NCBI GenBank assembly: GCA_018223105.1
Contig: JAAEYY010000001.1
Span: 214,544-278,543, forward strand
Reading direction: 5' to 3'
From: a bacterium
GTDB taxonomy: Bacteria; Bacteroidota; Bacteroidia; NS11-12g; UBA9320
Length of the DNA: 64,000 nt
Shown here: one piece after another, positions 1 through 9,942 of the stretch
Layout: every line of letters starts with the position of its first letter
Numbering within the stretch: position 1 is the first letter of the stretch
Program-made: the position numbers and the translations under genes
The notes under the pieces: generated by a model
What the model was told of the DNA's origin: nothing
The model's input: only the letters and a program-made list of their open reading frames with translations
The model's database searches: none

Positions 1-138
1 AGATTGATTCCCTTCAAACATCAAGCTTTGACGTGAATACCAGAAGAAAACCAAGAAAATGTAGATTCCTATGAATAATATTCCAATTGTAATGAAGATG
101 TATTTTAAAACTTTATTCATCTATAGTTTTTATTTTTT

Positions 139-651
139 CTAATCTAGAGAATCTGGTTTTCTCGCAAGAATATGTTCAACAAATTCTGTACTTTCCATTT
201 CATCATATTTAGGACACTCAACTTTGGACATTACTTTTTTAAGAGTGTATTCCTTGCTGTATTCAGAAATCTTTATGGTTTTATTTTCCAGTTCATTCAC
301 AACCCATTGGAATTTAAACTCATCGTTCGCATCAATAAATAACAACGTGTCAGATTTCCATTGATTTGAGAAATAAAATGCAGAGTAGCTACTTTCATCG
401 ATAAGTATTGATGATCTGCATTCACTAATCCGCCACTCAAAATAGTAGCCATCTTCATCAACCCCTTCCCAAGCTCCAACAATTACTTCTTCTTGCTGGT
501 GTGCACAAGACAATAGAAAGAGTATCAAAACTAAGCTTACTATTCCGCAATAAAAATTTAGAAATTCTTTTAATCTTTTAGTGGACCTGCAAACTGAGTT
601 TTTGAAAGTTGCGTAACTAATATTTTCTCCAGCCAATTTTATTTGTGTCAT
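139..651 (-). CDS. hypothetical lipoprotein (signal peptide with LSC lipobox)
   Basis: ORF of 170 aa. N-terminal hydrophobic segment ends in LLSCAHQ, consistent with a lipobox. No recognisable catalytic motif. Confidence 0.45.
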   Translation of the reverse strand: MTQIKLAGENISYATFKNSVCRSTKRLKEFLNFYCGIVSLVLILFLLSCAHQQEEVIVGAWEGVDEDGYYFEWRISECRSSILIDESSYSAFYFSNQWKSDTLLFIDANDEFKFQWVVNELENKTIKISEYSKEYTLKKVMSKVECPKYDEMESTEFVEHILARKPDSLD

Positions 652-1546
652 AACTAATTATAGGGTAAATATCATCTGAAGTTTGAGGCATTCCATCTTC
701 TCCTAACGAAAATAATGTGTAACCCCCTCCTATATTTCGGTACATATATTTTACCTGATCCCTTAAATTAGTTTGTTGGATTGGATCAATAAATGCTCCA
801 ATGTGAGTGAAAGGTGATAACTGTTCTAGACTATCAGGGTATTTATCATAAATTAAGTGGTAGAATTCAACGTCAACGACAAGATAATTTAGGTCATTCC
901 TTGCTGTTTCACTATACTGTTGTCTAGCATCTTCAGATTTCATGCCATAAAAGAATATTGAAGAATAAACTATTACAGTGAAAGCCATACAGGCAATACC
1001 AATTATAGTTAACTTGGTATCCTTGAATTTGAAAATACCAATGACCGTTAAATAACATCCTACAAAAAATCCAATTAGAGGTATGAGTCCTAGAAGCCCA
1101 GTTAAATACGGTGGTTTTGATTTACCATCTTTACCTAATTTAGTTATTTTCTTAGATATTATTTTTTCATGAATGATACTCCAACTGGTATCAACTAACT
1201 GCCAAGTGATTTTACGAATAGATTCTATTTGATAATGGTCAGTAAAAAAGTGCCACAATCTTCTACCAAAATAAAGTTTTTGTGTTACAATTTCAGTGTA
1301 ATTCTTATTTTCAAAATTGTTCTCAATTATTTGTTCATCAACCTCAAAATAGCTCAACCGTTTATAAGAATTCTGAAGATTGACTTTTAATTGCTCTTTT
1401 GTAATTTTTTTGTTATCAACAGTTTCAATTATTGCGGTTTCGTAATATTTTTCTAAATAACCATCAATACTCTTATTTTTATATGCATTAAATGTTTGTT
1501 TTTTTATTCGATCTAGCTCAATTAAAACTTCGTTATTATTCATCAA
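617..1546 (-). CDS. membrane protein with C-terminal type II secretion GspG-like (pseudopilin) domain
   Basis: ORF of 309 aa. Two central TM helices. The C-terminal stretch YMYRNIGGGYTLFSLGEDGMPQTSDDIYP resembles the GspG signature (...Y.SPG.HGAYDLFSLGADG...DI.NW). There is no N-terminal prepilin GFTLIE motif. Confidence 0.5.
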   Translation of the reverse strand: MMNNNEVLIELDRIKKQTFNAYKNKSIDGYLEKYYETAIIETVDNKKITKEQLKVNLQNSYKRLSYFEVDEQIIENNFENKNYTEIVTQKLYFGRRLWHFFTDHYQIESIRKITWQLVDTSWSIIHEKIISKKITKLGKDGKSKPPYLTGLLGLIPLIGFFVGCYLTVIGIFKFKDTKLTIIGIACMAFTVIVYSSIFFYGMKSEDARQQYSETARNDLNYLVVDVEFYHLIYDKYPDSLEQLSPFTHIGAFIDPIQQTNLRDQVKYMYRNIGGGYTLFSLGEDGMPQTSDDIYPIISYDTNKIGWRKY

Positions 1547-1756
1547 TTATTGCTTTTTTATTATTTATAACGCTGCTGGTCCTAATGCCGGGGCTCTTCT
1601 CAATGTTTCTCTGAGGATATGATAAGGTATTGATCCTCCTCGTGTTACAATAAGTTCATTAATTCCTAAGACCTAACTAGGTCCCTTTGAGCAAATTTAA
1701 CAAGAATGTGGAAAGAAAATAAGAGGGTGTTTTACCTATGTGTGATCATGAAATAA

Positions 1757-1800
1757 AAAAGCCTCATAAATCATTGGTCTACAAGGCTTTTCGTTTTTGC
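1757..1800. terminator. hairpin (aagcct...aggctt) flanked by an A-run and a T-run; possible bidirectional intrinsic terminator
   Basis: Inverted repeat is preceded by aataaaaaa and followed by ttttcgtttttg. It lies inside a 600-bp ORF-free stretch. Confidence 0.25.
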
Positions 1801-2146
1801 TTTGCGCCCCTTGTTACACAGAGTTGCAGCCAAAACTCGCCATATGAGGGGCTAAACCAGGATGGTTTAGATAATAGAAATATCACTCATATAGATTGTT
1901 TGGGCAACTAAAGTCAGTCGTGACTAATGTTCTAAATGTCTATACCTTGGTAAAAGATGGTTCTATATTGTCACAGTTATAATGTGGTTAAAGCCAAATC
2001 ACTTCGCTGGTGATTCATTCACGCTAATTGTCACAACTCAAATTGAATTTCCCAGAAATGAATGTTAATGGTTGCGGTGAGCCTTTGATAAGAAGGAGGA
2101 TGCCCGCCAGCATCTATATTTTAAAACCTGGATACATTAAATATAC

Positions 2147-2371
2147 TCAGCAACATCCACTGGAGCATGTTCCACTTTCTTGAATTGGTGGACACGGCAC
2201 TGATCCATAAGAGCAATACACACAGCAATCTCCATGGCGTGGTTTTAGGAGTGAGTGACAGTTCTCACATTCGTAGAAATACTGACATGCATCAGTAGGC
2301 ATAATCTCAACCTTCTTATGTCCACATGAAGGGCAGGTTAATTCTGATTCTAGAGTTATTTGTTTTTCCAT
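2147..2371 (-). CDS. GDCCVxC-domain small cysteine-rich metal-binding protein
   Basis: 74 aa containing CPSCGH, CENCH and GDCCVYCSYG motifs. Directly downstream of merT/P and translationally adjacent (stop/start abut at 2371/2372). Confidence 0.6.
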   Translation of the reverse strand: MEKQITLESELTCPSCGHKKVEIMPTDACQYFYECENCHSLLKPRHGDCCVYCSYGSVPCPPIQESGTCSSGCC

Positions 2372-2965
2372 TTATTTCTTGATTTGCCTAACTGAGTACC
2401 CGGTTTCTTGTTCAATATGTTTCGCTATGGTTTGTATATCTGTTTTGTTAGGGTCGAAAATTACTACTGCTGACTCATTTCTGTAATCTGAAGTTGAAGA
2501 TGTAACTCCATCTATTTCAGTAGTTGCATTGTTCACATGCACCTCACATCCAGTACAAGTCATGCCCTGAACATCAAGCTCCACTGTAGTGAATGAGCTC
2601 ATTATAGCACTGGACTTTTCAGGCGGTGCTAATAAATGTGAATATGATGGGAAGGTAATTGAAAGGATCGCGAAAGTAGTTATCACTACTAGAAAGGATT
2701 TTCCTTCATAAAACTTAGGTCTACGCACAATCTCACAGCCACAATCATCTTTGGGTTTGGGCTTAAGATGTATGTACCAAGCATATCCAATAGCGATAAT
2801 TGAGAATCCTATAAGATAAGGTCTCAATGGCTCAAGCCAGCTGAAACTTGCTGAGAGACTCCCTGCGCCAGCTATTGCTGCAACAACCGGCGCAATACAG
2901 CATGAAGAAGCAGCTATAGCTGCAATCCATCCTGTTGTAGAAGCTATGTTCTGCTTGTTGCTCAT
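2372..2965 (-). CDS. merT: mercuric transport protein MerT fused to a MerP-like heavy-metal-associated domain
   Basis: The N-terminal TM helix carries a vicinal Cys pair (ASSCCIAPV), typical of MerT. The C-terminal HMA motif is GMTCTGCEVHV. Overlaps the arsR stop by 4 nt. Confidence 0.7.
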   Translation of the reverse strand: MSNKQNIASTTGWIAAIAASSCCIAPVVAAIAGAGSLSASFSWLEPLRPYLIGFSIIAIGYAWYIHLKPKPKDDCGCEIVRRPKFYEGKSFLVVITTFAILSITFPSYSHLLAPPEKSSAIMSSFTTVELDVQGMTCTGCEVHVNNATTEIDGVTSSTSDYRNESAVVIFDPNKTDIQTIAKHIEQETGYSVRQIKK

Positions 2966-3327
2966 ATGCGTTCTGTTTCTACAACCTTCAAGTGATTAAC
3001 TAGGTTTGACATGAGTTCAGCACCATCTGCTGTCAAACTGTAGAATATTGTTTGTTTTAGTCTTCTATTTTGGATCACGCCTCCTTCCCGCAACTTTTTT
3101 AAGTGCTGGGAAACTGCGGGCATGGACATTTCCAAAACGTCGCTCAGATCACATACACATAATTCATCGTCTTGATTTATCAGCGTGAGAATTTTGAGCC
3201 GAGTAAAATTACCAGCAAGATTTAAGAAGTTAGCGAGCCTTCCTATTGATGAGTCATTCTCCTTCAAGAGTCTTTTTGCGCCATTGATTTGAGAAATATC
3301 TTTAAAGGTTCTGATGCACTGATCCAT
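2962..3327 (-). CDS. ArsR/SmtB family metalloregulatory transcriptional repressor
   Basis: 121 aa with an HTH (MPAVSQHLKKLREGGVI) preceded by the CVC metal-sensing motif (ELCVCDLSDVLE). Confidence 0.75.
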   Translation of the reverse strand: MDQCIRTFKDISQINGAKRLLKENDSSIGRLANFLNLAGNFTRLKILTLINQDDELCVCDLSDVLEMSMPAVSQHLKKLREGGVIQNRRLKQTIFYSLTADGAELMSNLVNHLKVVETERI

Positions 3328-3345
3328 TGTATTTGCAAATGTAGT

Positions 3346-3370
3346 TAATTAAGTGGTTGCTTAAATAACC
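3346..3370. promoter_or_regulatory. imperfect inverted repeat (TTAATTAAG-n6-CTTAAATAA) upstream of arsR; candidate ArsR operator
   Basis: Inverted repeat lies 20-45 bp upstream of the arsR start. ArsR/SmtB operators are imperfect 12-2-12 palindromes. Position and shape only. Confidence 0.2.
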
Positions 3371-3567
3371 TGAGCCGCTTCAATGAAGAAGATGAGTAAT
3401 TTATTACAAAAGACAGAACAGAACTCATTAGAGAGGAAGTCTCCGTGTAATTGTATCAAGCTAGACAAGAGTTCTTTTAAAATTGGCGGAAGTTACTCGC
3501 ATAGATGGAAGGTTGTAATTTGATGAGTTTTACTTCACGAGCCACTTTGGATTATCAAAACAAAAAA

Positions 3568-3598
3568 CGGTTACACTATAAAAGTATAACCGTTTTAT
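3568..3598 (-). terminator. intrinsic terminator-like hairpin downstream of tRNA-Asn
   Basis: aacggttacac/gtataaccgtt stem. On the minus strand it is followed by a U-run (A-run caaaacaaaaaa on plus). Confidence 0.35.
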
Positions 3599-3609
3599 CA
3601 TTATATCTG

Positions 3610-3683
3610 CGCCCCATCCTGGATTCGAACCAGGGACCTGCGGATTAACAGTCCGTCGCTCTAACCAACTGAGCTAATGAGGC
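3610..3683 (-). tRNA. tRNA-Asn (anticodon GTT)
   Basis: The reverse complement gives a cloverleaf: 7-bp acceptor stem (gcctcat/atggggc), anticodon arm CGGACTGTTAATCCG identical to the E. coli tRNA-Asn arm, and T arm cctgg-ttcgaat-ccagg. No CCA is encoded. Confidence 0.9.
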
Positions 3684-3755
3684 GTGTCGTGTGCCATTTG
3701 CTTAACCTGTTATTCTCAACTAGAACATAGTTCGTCGTCTCGTCTAACCAATGCT

Positions 3756-3846
3756 GACAAAGCTTTGCTTGTCTGCATCTGGACTAGAGCTTTGCTCTGC
3801 GTCCAGGCTGAGCTATTCATCTAGACCGAAGCTGTGCTTCGCGTCT
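3756..3846. repeat. three tandem about 33-bp imperfect hairpin repeats upstream of tRNA-Asn
   Basis: Units are gacaaagctttgcttgtc, ggactagagctttgctctgcgtcc and agaccgaagctgtgcttcgcgtct, each an internal palindrome. Confidence 0.45.
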
Positions 3847-3981
3847 AGAATGAGGCATTAAAATTGCCATTTGCTTTGACATTTATCCGGACTTGAGCAA
3901 CGCTCAACGTCAGGAGACTTTTGCAAAAGCGACTGCAAAAATAGAAGTTTCTGGAACTTCAACAATTGAAAAATGAAAAAA

Positions 3982-4743
3982 TTATTTTATGTCGAATCCG
4001 ACGCTGCCAATTTGCTCTACACGAGTCAATATTCGCTGGCCTTTTTCTAAGAAGACTGCCGAGGTTGCAGCACCTGCCATTAAATAGGAACCCGCCGGAA
4101 ATACTTGCCCCGCAGCGACTGCGAGTCGGGAGGCATTGGTAACCGATAACCAAGGATTACCCAAAATTGCTTTGGAGCTTCCTTCTTCTTTCACTTCGCC
4201 ATTTATTTTTAATTCCATGTGTAAATCGCTCAAATCTTGGTTGATATTTTGCCAAGCACCTACCACAAAAGCAGTGGATGAGCAATTATCCGCTACCACA
4301 TCTTCCAATGAAAACTTGAAATTCTTATATCGCGAGTCGATAATTTCGGTGGCCGGAGCAACTGCTTCTATGTAATCCTCAACTTCATCCAAGCCAATTT
4401 CTCGATCAATGTCCTTTTTTACCAAAAAACACAATTCAGGTTCCGCCCTGGGGTGAATAAACTTATTGAAATCCAATTCGGCATCCGCAAAATGAAGCAT
4501 GGAATCTGTAAGTCGACCCCAAATCATGTCGTGAACCCCCATTTGTTCCATCTTGGCGAAACTGGTGAATCCCAATTTCAAGCCCACAAATTTCTCTCCC
4601 CTGCTCAATCTTCGTTCGATGGAGAGTCTTTGGATTTCATATGCTTCATCTATAGTGAACTGCGTGTCTAAGCTCAATTGCTCTACAGGCTCGGCATTCA
4701 TCGCCGCCTCGTCTAATATTTTCGCTGCTTCCTGAATATTCAT
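3982..4743 (-). CDS. 2-keto-4-pentenoate hydratase / 4-oxalocrotonate decarboxylase family protein (MhpD/XylI/XylJ fold)
   Basis: 253 aa. Family-typical N-terminus (...IDEAYEIQ...GEKFVGLKLGFTS). Divergent from the paralogue at 4808. Confidence 0.7.
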   Translation of the reverse strand: MNIQEAAKILDEAAMNAEPVEQLSLDTQFTIDEAYEIQRLSIERRLSRGEKFVGLKLGFTSFAKMEQMGVHDMIWGRLTDSMLHFADAELDFNKFIHPRAEPELCFLVKKDIDREIGLDEVEDYIEAVAPATEIIDSRYKNFKFSLEDVVADNCSSTAFVVGAWQNINQDLSDLHMELKINGEVKEEGSSKAILGNPWLSVTNASRLAVAAGQVFPAGSYLMAGAATSAVFLEKGQRILTRVEQIGSVGFDIK

Positions 4744-4807
4744 TGCTGTGGCGAAAGTAAAGTAAGATTATTAAAGAGGCTATTTTAAGGATATATTTGG
4801 AGGCTCA

Positions 4808-5590
4808 ATGACGGATATACAACAAGCAGCAGAACGATTATGGCAAGCTTCGAAAAGCAAGCAGGTTTGTGAACCTATTCGAGATCTTATTGGTCCACAG
4901 AATATCGAAGATGCCTATAAAACTCAAGCAATAAACACTGAAAAGAGAATCGCCGAAGGTGCAAAAAAAGTGGGTTGTAAAATCGGCTTGACCTCCTTTG
5001 CAGTGCAGAAGCAACTTGGAGTAGATCAGCCGGATTATGGAATGCTATTTCAAGATATGCAAATCAACCCGGGCGAAACCATTGCTTGGAACGATCTTAT
5101 CCAAGGCAAAGCTGAAGCGGAAATTGCTTTTGTTATGAAATCAGGAATTGAAGGTGAGATAAATGCGGATTCTTTCAAAGCAGCCATCGATTACGCCTCC
5201 GTTTCCATTGAAATTGTAGGTAGCAGAGTTCGCGATTGGGATATCAAAATTGCAGATACCATTGCCGACAATGCTTCGGCGAGTCATTTTGTGTTAGGAA
5301 ATGAAAAGGTTGATGCAGCCAATTTGGATTTGGTCAATTGTACAATGCAGCTCAAGGTGAATGGAGAAATTGCTTCAGAAGGTAAAGGAGAGGCTTGTAT
5401 GGGTTCACCGCTCAATGCCGCTGTTTGGTTAGCGAAGACCATGGCGGATTTAGGTGCACCTTTATCTAAAGGCGATATCATACTCACCGGAGCTCTTGGC
5501 CCAATGGTTGCCTTGAAGCCCGGAGATCAGGTTTCCGCTAAAATTGAAGGTTTAGGCGAAGTGAATTTTAATGTAGGACAGCATGGATAA
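4808..5590 (+). CDS. 2-keto-4-pentenoate hydratase family protein (MhpD/BphH-like)
   Basis: 260 aa with [36 protein letters not shown]. Its stop overlaps the mhpF start. Confidence 0.75.
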   Translation: MTDIQQAAERLWQASKSKQVCEPIRDLIGPQNIEDAYKTQAINTEKRIAEGAKKVGCKIGLTSFAVQKQLGVDQPDYGMLFQDMQINPGETIAWNDLIQGKAEAEIAFVMKSGIEGEINADSFKAAIDYASVSIEIVGSRVRDWDIKIADTIADNASASHFVLGNEKVDAANLDLVNCTMQLKVNGEIASEGKGEACMGSPLNAAVWLAKTMADLGAPLSKGDIILTGALGPMVALKPGDQVSAKIEGLGEVNFNVGQHG

Positions 5591-6515
5591 AGTTAAAGTA
5601 GCAATTATTGGTTCTGGAAATATCGGCACGGACCTCATGATTAAAATCTTGAGAACTTCAGATGTGCTCGAAATGTCGGTCATGGTAGGAATTGATCCAG
5701 AATCCGACGGACTTGCAAGAGCCAAAAGAATGGGAGTAGCCACTACTCATGAAGGAATAGACGGTTTGATCAAAATGCCGGAATGGAAGGACATTGAAAT
5801 AGTATTTGATGCTACTTCGGCAAAAGCTCATCAATACAACTATTCTAAGATTCAGGAGTTTCCGGATAAAAAAGTAATTGATTTAACGCCTGCGGCGATA
5901 GGCCCTTACCTCATTCCACCTGTGAACATGGATAGAAACCTCGATGTTCCCAACGTAAACATGGTGACCTGTGGAGGTCAGGCTACCATCCCTATGGTGG
6001 CGGCAGTGAGCAGAGTTGCGAAGGTTCATTACGGCGAGATTGTAGCTTCCATAGCCAGTAAATCTGCCGGTCCGGGTACCCGTGCTAATATTGACGAGTT
6101 CACCGAAACTACGGCGGAAGCTATTGAAAAAGTAGGTGGAGCTACAAAAGGCAAAGCCATCATCATTCTAAACCCCGCAGAGCCACCATTGGTGATGCGC
6201 GATACGGTATTTACTCTTAGCGAAAACGCAGATCAAGATGCTATCCGAGAAAGCGTAGATGCGATGGTGAAGGAAGTCCAGGAGTATGTTCCAGGCTACA
6301 AACTTCACCAAGAAGTTCAATTCGAAGAAATCCCAGAAGATCAACCCGTCTTCATAGATGGCGTCGGCCACGTAAGCGGCCTCAAAACGATGATTCTCCT
6401 TCAAGTCATTGGCGCAGGCCATTACCTCCCGGAATACGCTGGTAATTTGGATATTATGACATCGGCAGCGAAGGCAACGGGAGAGAGAATTGTAAAGACT
6501 AGGTCTTTACAATAA
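5583..6515 (+). CDS. mhpF: acetaldehyde dehydrogenase (acetylating), MhpF/DmpF/BphJ type
   Basis: 310 aa. The N-terminal Rossmann motif [13 protein letters not shown] and overall length are typical of acylating acetaldehyde dehydrogenases. Confidence 0.85.
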   Translation: MDKVKVAIIGSGNIGTDLMIKILRTSDVLEMSVMVGIDPESDGLARAKRMGVATTHEGIDGLIKMPEWKDIEIVFDATSAKAHQYNYSKIQEFPDKKVIDLTPAAIGPYLIPPVNMDRNLDVPNVNMVTCGGQATIPMVAAVSRVAKVHYGEIVASIASKSAGPGTRANIDEFTETTAEAIEKVGGATKGKAIIILNPAEPPLVMRDTVFTLSENADQDAIRESVDAMVKEVQEYVPGYKLHQEVQFEEIPEDQPVFIDGVGHVSGLKTMILLQVIGAGHYLPEYAGNLDIMTSAAKATGERIVKTRSLQ

Positions 6516-6528
6516 ATTTCAAATATCA

Positions 6529-6626
6529 AGCCTGTCTGCCGACAGGCAGGCACCTACCCTTCTCCGCCGGCTGGCGGATTCGGATAGCGAGGGCCATCCT
6601 TCGCTGAAGCTACGGTTGACGTAGGC
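6529..6626. repeat. GC-rich palindromic repeat element (REP/MITE-like), copy 1
   Basis: Consecutive hairpins: cctgtctgccgacagg; ccgccggctggcgg; agcgagggccatccttcgct. Related copies occur at 6848, 7075-7193 and 11508. Confidence 0.6.
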
Positions 6627-6847
6627 AAATACCAAGGAAGTTCCAAATATCAAATTACCTCCCTACTCTTCATTTCGGGCGGCAGGCAAAATCCAGAAAA
6701 GATCCAATATTCAATTTTCAATAACCAAGTATCCCAACTTAGTGAGATACATTCGTCGTTGAAAACGCATTTGAGTGTCATTCTAATTTTTTGATCAGAA
6801 ATCAAGCAAAGAAATTGTGCGATGGGTGGAGCTAAGCAATCCTCGAA

Positions 6848-6866
6848 TCCGCCGGCTGGCGGATGG
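6848..6866. repeat. palindromic repeat ccgccggctggcgg, copy 2
   Basis: Same palindrome as at 6566 and 11508. Confidence 0.5.
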
Positions 6867-7070
6867 CTTGGGTTGCGGGGCGATTTCGAAGCGCTAGATT
6901 TCTTCAAAAAAGTAGTAAGACTTGACCTTTTGCTTCTTTTGTGTCAAGACAAAAGAAGGGAAGGTTTTGTTACTTTTTAAAAAGTAAGACTAGGGCTGAA
7001 TAGCTTGATTTTCTTCGAACAAATGAAAGAGGGAAGGCAGCATAATATTGTGAAAGACTTCCAGCCAGTG

Positions 7071-7193
7071 GGCTGGCAGGCCTGCCAGCCGAAGCTTTAG
7101 CGTAGGGTGGTTTGCTTCCTTTTTGAGCCCAAAAGGAAGTGTTTTTATTATCCCCTTGTCTGCCGACAGGCAGGCCTAACGGGTGACTAATCG
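7071..7193. repeat. GC-rich palindromic repeat elements (gccagtgggctggcaggcctgccagc; cttgtctgccgacaggcaggcctaacgggtgacta)
   Basis: The second element repeats the motif at 6531 and shares cgggtgacta with 11545. Confidence 0.6.
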
Positions 7194-7493
7194 CTTTATC
7201 AAAAAAGTAAGAAGGAAGAAGCTTGGATTTTAGGGCACCTCAGTTTAAGGGCTAGTTGGCCTGTTGAGAGACTGCAAGCTTTGGGATTTAAAAAGGATAG
7301 TAAGAAAAACATTTATTATTAAAAATTTTTGCTTGAAAGCATAGTTAGAACTGATTTTATTAAACATTTATAAAAAGAAACCAGGTCTATCGTAATGTTT
7401 CATGATTAGTCTAAGAAGCGGTAAGTTTGCATTTGAGTTAAATTGCATTGAATTGCCAGTTGGAAACTGGTAAATTCCAAATAGATTATTCAA

Positions 7494-8519
7494 ATGAAAC
7501 TTTACATTCAAGACGTAACATTACGTGACGGCATGCACGCCATCCGTCATCAATACTCAAAAGAGCAAATAAGAGAAATTGCAATTGCTTTGGATAATGC
7601 CAAAGTAGATGCAATAGAAGTAGCTCACGGTGATGGCCTTGCCGGATCTAGTTTTAACTATGGTTTCGGGGCGCATACAGATTGGGCTTGGCTCGAAGGT
7701 TTAGCGGAAGAACTAAATCATGCCGTATTGACCACCTTACTTCTTCCCGGTATCGGAACAATTGAAGATCTAAAAAAAGCCTATGATCTAGGCGTAAGAT
7801 CTGTTCGCATCGCGACCCATTGCACAGAAGCAGATATCTCGGCCCAGCATATAGAAGCAGCTAAGAAATTAGGAATGGATGTCGGTGGATTTTTAATGAT
7901 GGCTCACATGAATGAGCCTAAGAAATTGGCCGAGCAAGCAAAACTAATGGAAAGCTATGGCGCTGATTGCGTTTATGTTACAGATAGTGCGGGTGCATTA
8001 TTGATGGACGACGTAGCAGGCCGTATGAAAGCATTTAAAGATGTTCTCGATTCTAAAACGGAGATTGGAATTCATTGTCACCATAACCTAGGCCTCGGTG
8101 TCGCAAACACCATCGTCGCTATGCAGCATGGAGCTCATAGACTAGATGCATCGCTAGCCGGGATGGGAGCAGGGGCAGGTAATTGTCCTCTAGAAGTATT
8201 GATTGCCGTATTGAACAGAATGGGGCAAGATCACAATTCAGATCTTTATGCATTAATGGATGCAGCAGATGATCTGATCAGACCGCTTCAAACTAGACCA
8301 GTTAGAGTAGATAGAGAAACATTATCTCTCGGCTATGCCGGTGTGTATTCCTCTTTCCTGTTACATTCTGAAAGAGCAGCAGACCGTTATGGCCTCGATA
8401 CTCGAAGTATTCTTGAAGAGCTAGGCAAACGCAAAATGGTAGGCGGACAAGAGGATATGATTGTGGATGTCGCTTTGGATATGAAACGAAACAAGAATTC
8501 TAGCTCAGATTCCAATTAA
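7494..8519 (+). CDS. mhpE: 4-hydroxy-2-oxovalerate aldolase (MhpE/DmpG/BphI type)
   Basis: 341 aa. DmpG-like TIM-barrel N-terminus ([18 protein letters not shown]). Confidence 0.85.
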   Translation: MKLYIQDVTLRDGMHAIRHQYSKEQIREIAIALDNAKVDAIEVAHGDGLAGSSFNYGFGAHTDWAWLEGLAEELNHAVLTTLLLPGIGTIEDLKKAYDLGVRSVRIATHCTEADISAQHIEAAKKLGMDVGGFLMMAHMNEPKKLAEQAKLMESYGADCVYVTDSAGALLMDDVAGRMKAFKDVLDSKTEIGIHCHHNLGLGVANTIVAMQHGAHRLDASLAGMGAGAGNCPLEVLIAVLNRMGQDHNSDLYALMDAADDLIRPLQTRPVRVDRETLSLGYAGVYSSFLLHSERAADRYGLDTRSILEELGKRKMVGGQEDMIVDVALDMKRNKNSSSDSN

Positions 8520-9942
8520 GGTATTTAATCTGAATATATTCTTCAATCCCGTATTTCGAACCTTCTCTGCCAAATCCACTGTGTTTCACGCCGCCAAAAG
8601 GGGCGGTCACATTCGATATTAATCCGGTATTAATTCCTACCATCCCGGACTCTAGATTTTCAGCAATATGCCAAATTCGTTTGGGGTCGGTGCCGAAGAA
8701 ATAAGCCGCCAAACCAAATTCAGTGTCATTTGCCAATTTAAGCATTTCTTCATCCGTGCTGAACTTGTAAATCGCTGCAAGCGGACCAAATATCTCTTCT
8801 TTCGCAATATCCATGTCATGAGTGACGTCTGCTATCATTCCTGCCGACATCAAAAGACCTTCTTTTACTTCAGGTTCGATGATGACACGGGCACCTTTGG
8901 ATTTAGCTTCTTCAAAGAGTCGAGTAACCTTGTCAACGGCAGCCTGATTAATTAGTGGTCCAATCTTGCTGTCGCTTTCTAACCCACTTCCCGCCTTAAT
9001 CTTCTTGATTCTGTTTTCAAGCTTCTCGATGAAAGTATCGTAGATGCTCTCGTGAACGTAAATACGATTCGCGCATACACAGGTTTGTCCTGCATTGCGG
9101 AATTTAGAAGCAATGGTGCCTGAAACTGCTTTGTCAATATCAGCATCATCGAGAATAATCATTGGAGCATTTCCTCCCAATTCCATAGAAAGTTTTTTAA
9201 GGGTCGGGCTGCATTGCTCCATCAATATCTTACCGACTTTGGTAGACCCTGTGAAGGAGAGTTTTTTAATTCGATCATCGGCACAAAGTACTTTTCCTAC
9301 CGTGGAAGAATCGCTTGTGGTAATTACATTGAGCACACCATTTGGAATTCCCGCTTGCTCCGCCAAATAAGCCATAGCTAATGCAGAAAGGGGAGTGTCT
9401 TCCGCAGGTTTGATTACCGCTGTGCATCCTGCAGCAAGAGCCGGAGCTATTTTTCTGGCGATCATGGCCATTGGGAAGTTCCATGGAGTAATTGAAGCAA
9501 CCGGACCCACAGCTTGCTTGATCACGATAATGCGTTCATCCTGAGATTTACCCGGAATAGTGTCGCCATAGATTCTCCTAGCTTCTTCAGCAAACCATTT
9601 AATATAAGAAGCGCCATAGGCGATTTCTGCCCTTGCTTCTGCGAGAATTTTTCCTTGTTCTGTCGTGAGAATAGTGGCTAGATCTTCTTGGTTTTTCATG
9701 ATCAAATCATACCATGCATATAGTATATCTGATCGCTTTTCTGCCGTTTGACTTTTCCAAGATTCAAAGCTCTTATGAGCCGCCTCAATAGCCTCCAGTG
9801 TTTCAGATTCCCCACAATCAGGAACTGAAATGATCAATTCCTGATTATAAGGATTTATAACTTCGAAACTCTTTGCAGATTCTCGCCATTGGCCGTTTAT
9901 CAAACATGAGTTTTTGAGTAGATTTTTGTTTTTTATATCCAT
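8500..9942 (-). CDS. NAD(P)+-dependent aldehyde dehydrogenase (succinate-semialdehyde / hydroxymuconic-semialdehyde dehydrogenase-like)
   Basis: 480 aa. ALDH superfamily: catalytic Cys context [12 protein letters not shown], Glu motif ELGGNAP, and SSADH-like N-terminus. Confidence 0.8.
   Translation of the reverse strand: MDIKNKNLLKNSCLINGQWRESAKSFEVINPYNQELIISVPDCGESETLEAIEAAHKSFESWKSQTAEKRSDILYAWYDLIMKNQEDLATILTTEQGKILAEARAEIAYGASYIKWFAEEARRIYGDTIPGKSQDERIIVIKQAVGPVASITPWNFPMAMIARKIAPALAAGCTAVIKPAEDTPLSALAMAYLAEQAGIPNGVLNVITTSDSSTVGKVLCADDRIKKLSFTGSTKVGKILMEQCSPTLKKLSMELGGNAPMIILDDADIDKAVSGTIASKFRNAGQTCVCANRIYVHESIYDTFIEKLENRIKKIKAGSGLESDSKIGPLINQAAVDKVTRLFEEAKSKGARVIIEPEVKEGLLMSAGMIADVTHDMDIAKEEIFGPLAAIYKFSTDEEMLKLANDTEFGLAAYFFGTDPKRIWHIAENLESGMVGINTGLISNVTAPFGGVKHSGFGREGSKYGIEEYIQIKYLNWNLS

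Noticed and set aside
1800-3700. Direct repeat of the tRNA-Asn 3' end that would delimit an integrated island
   Set aside because: Only 8-9 nt partial matches were found (tgcgcccc at about 1803; ccatcctgg in opposite orientation at about 1865). That is too short and ambiguous, and no integrase gene is present in the window.
4136-4735. Plus-strand ORFs 4136..4375, 4453..4671 and 4553..4735 inside the minus-strand hydratase gene
   Set aside because: Antisense to a well-supported MhpD-family CDS. No motif support.
6650-6907. 85-aa ORF in the mhpF-mhpE spacer
   Set aside because: Lies entirely inside GC-rich palindromic repeat elements, producing a Pro/Gly/Ala-rich product. Almost certainly non-coding.
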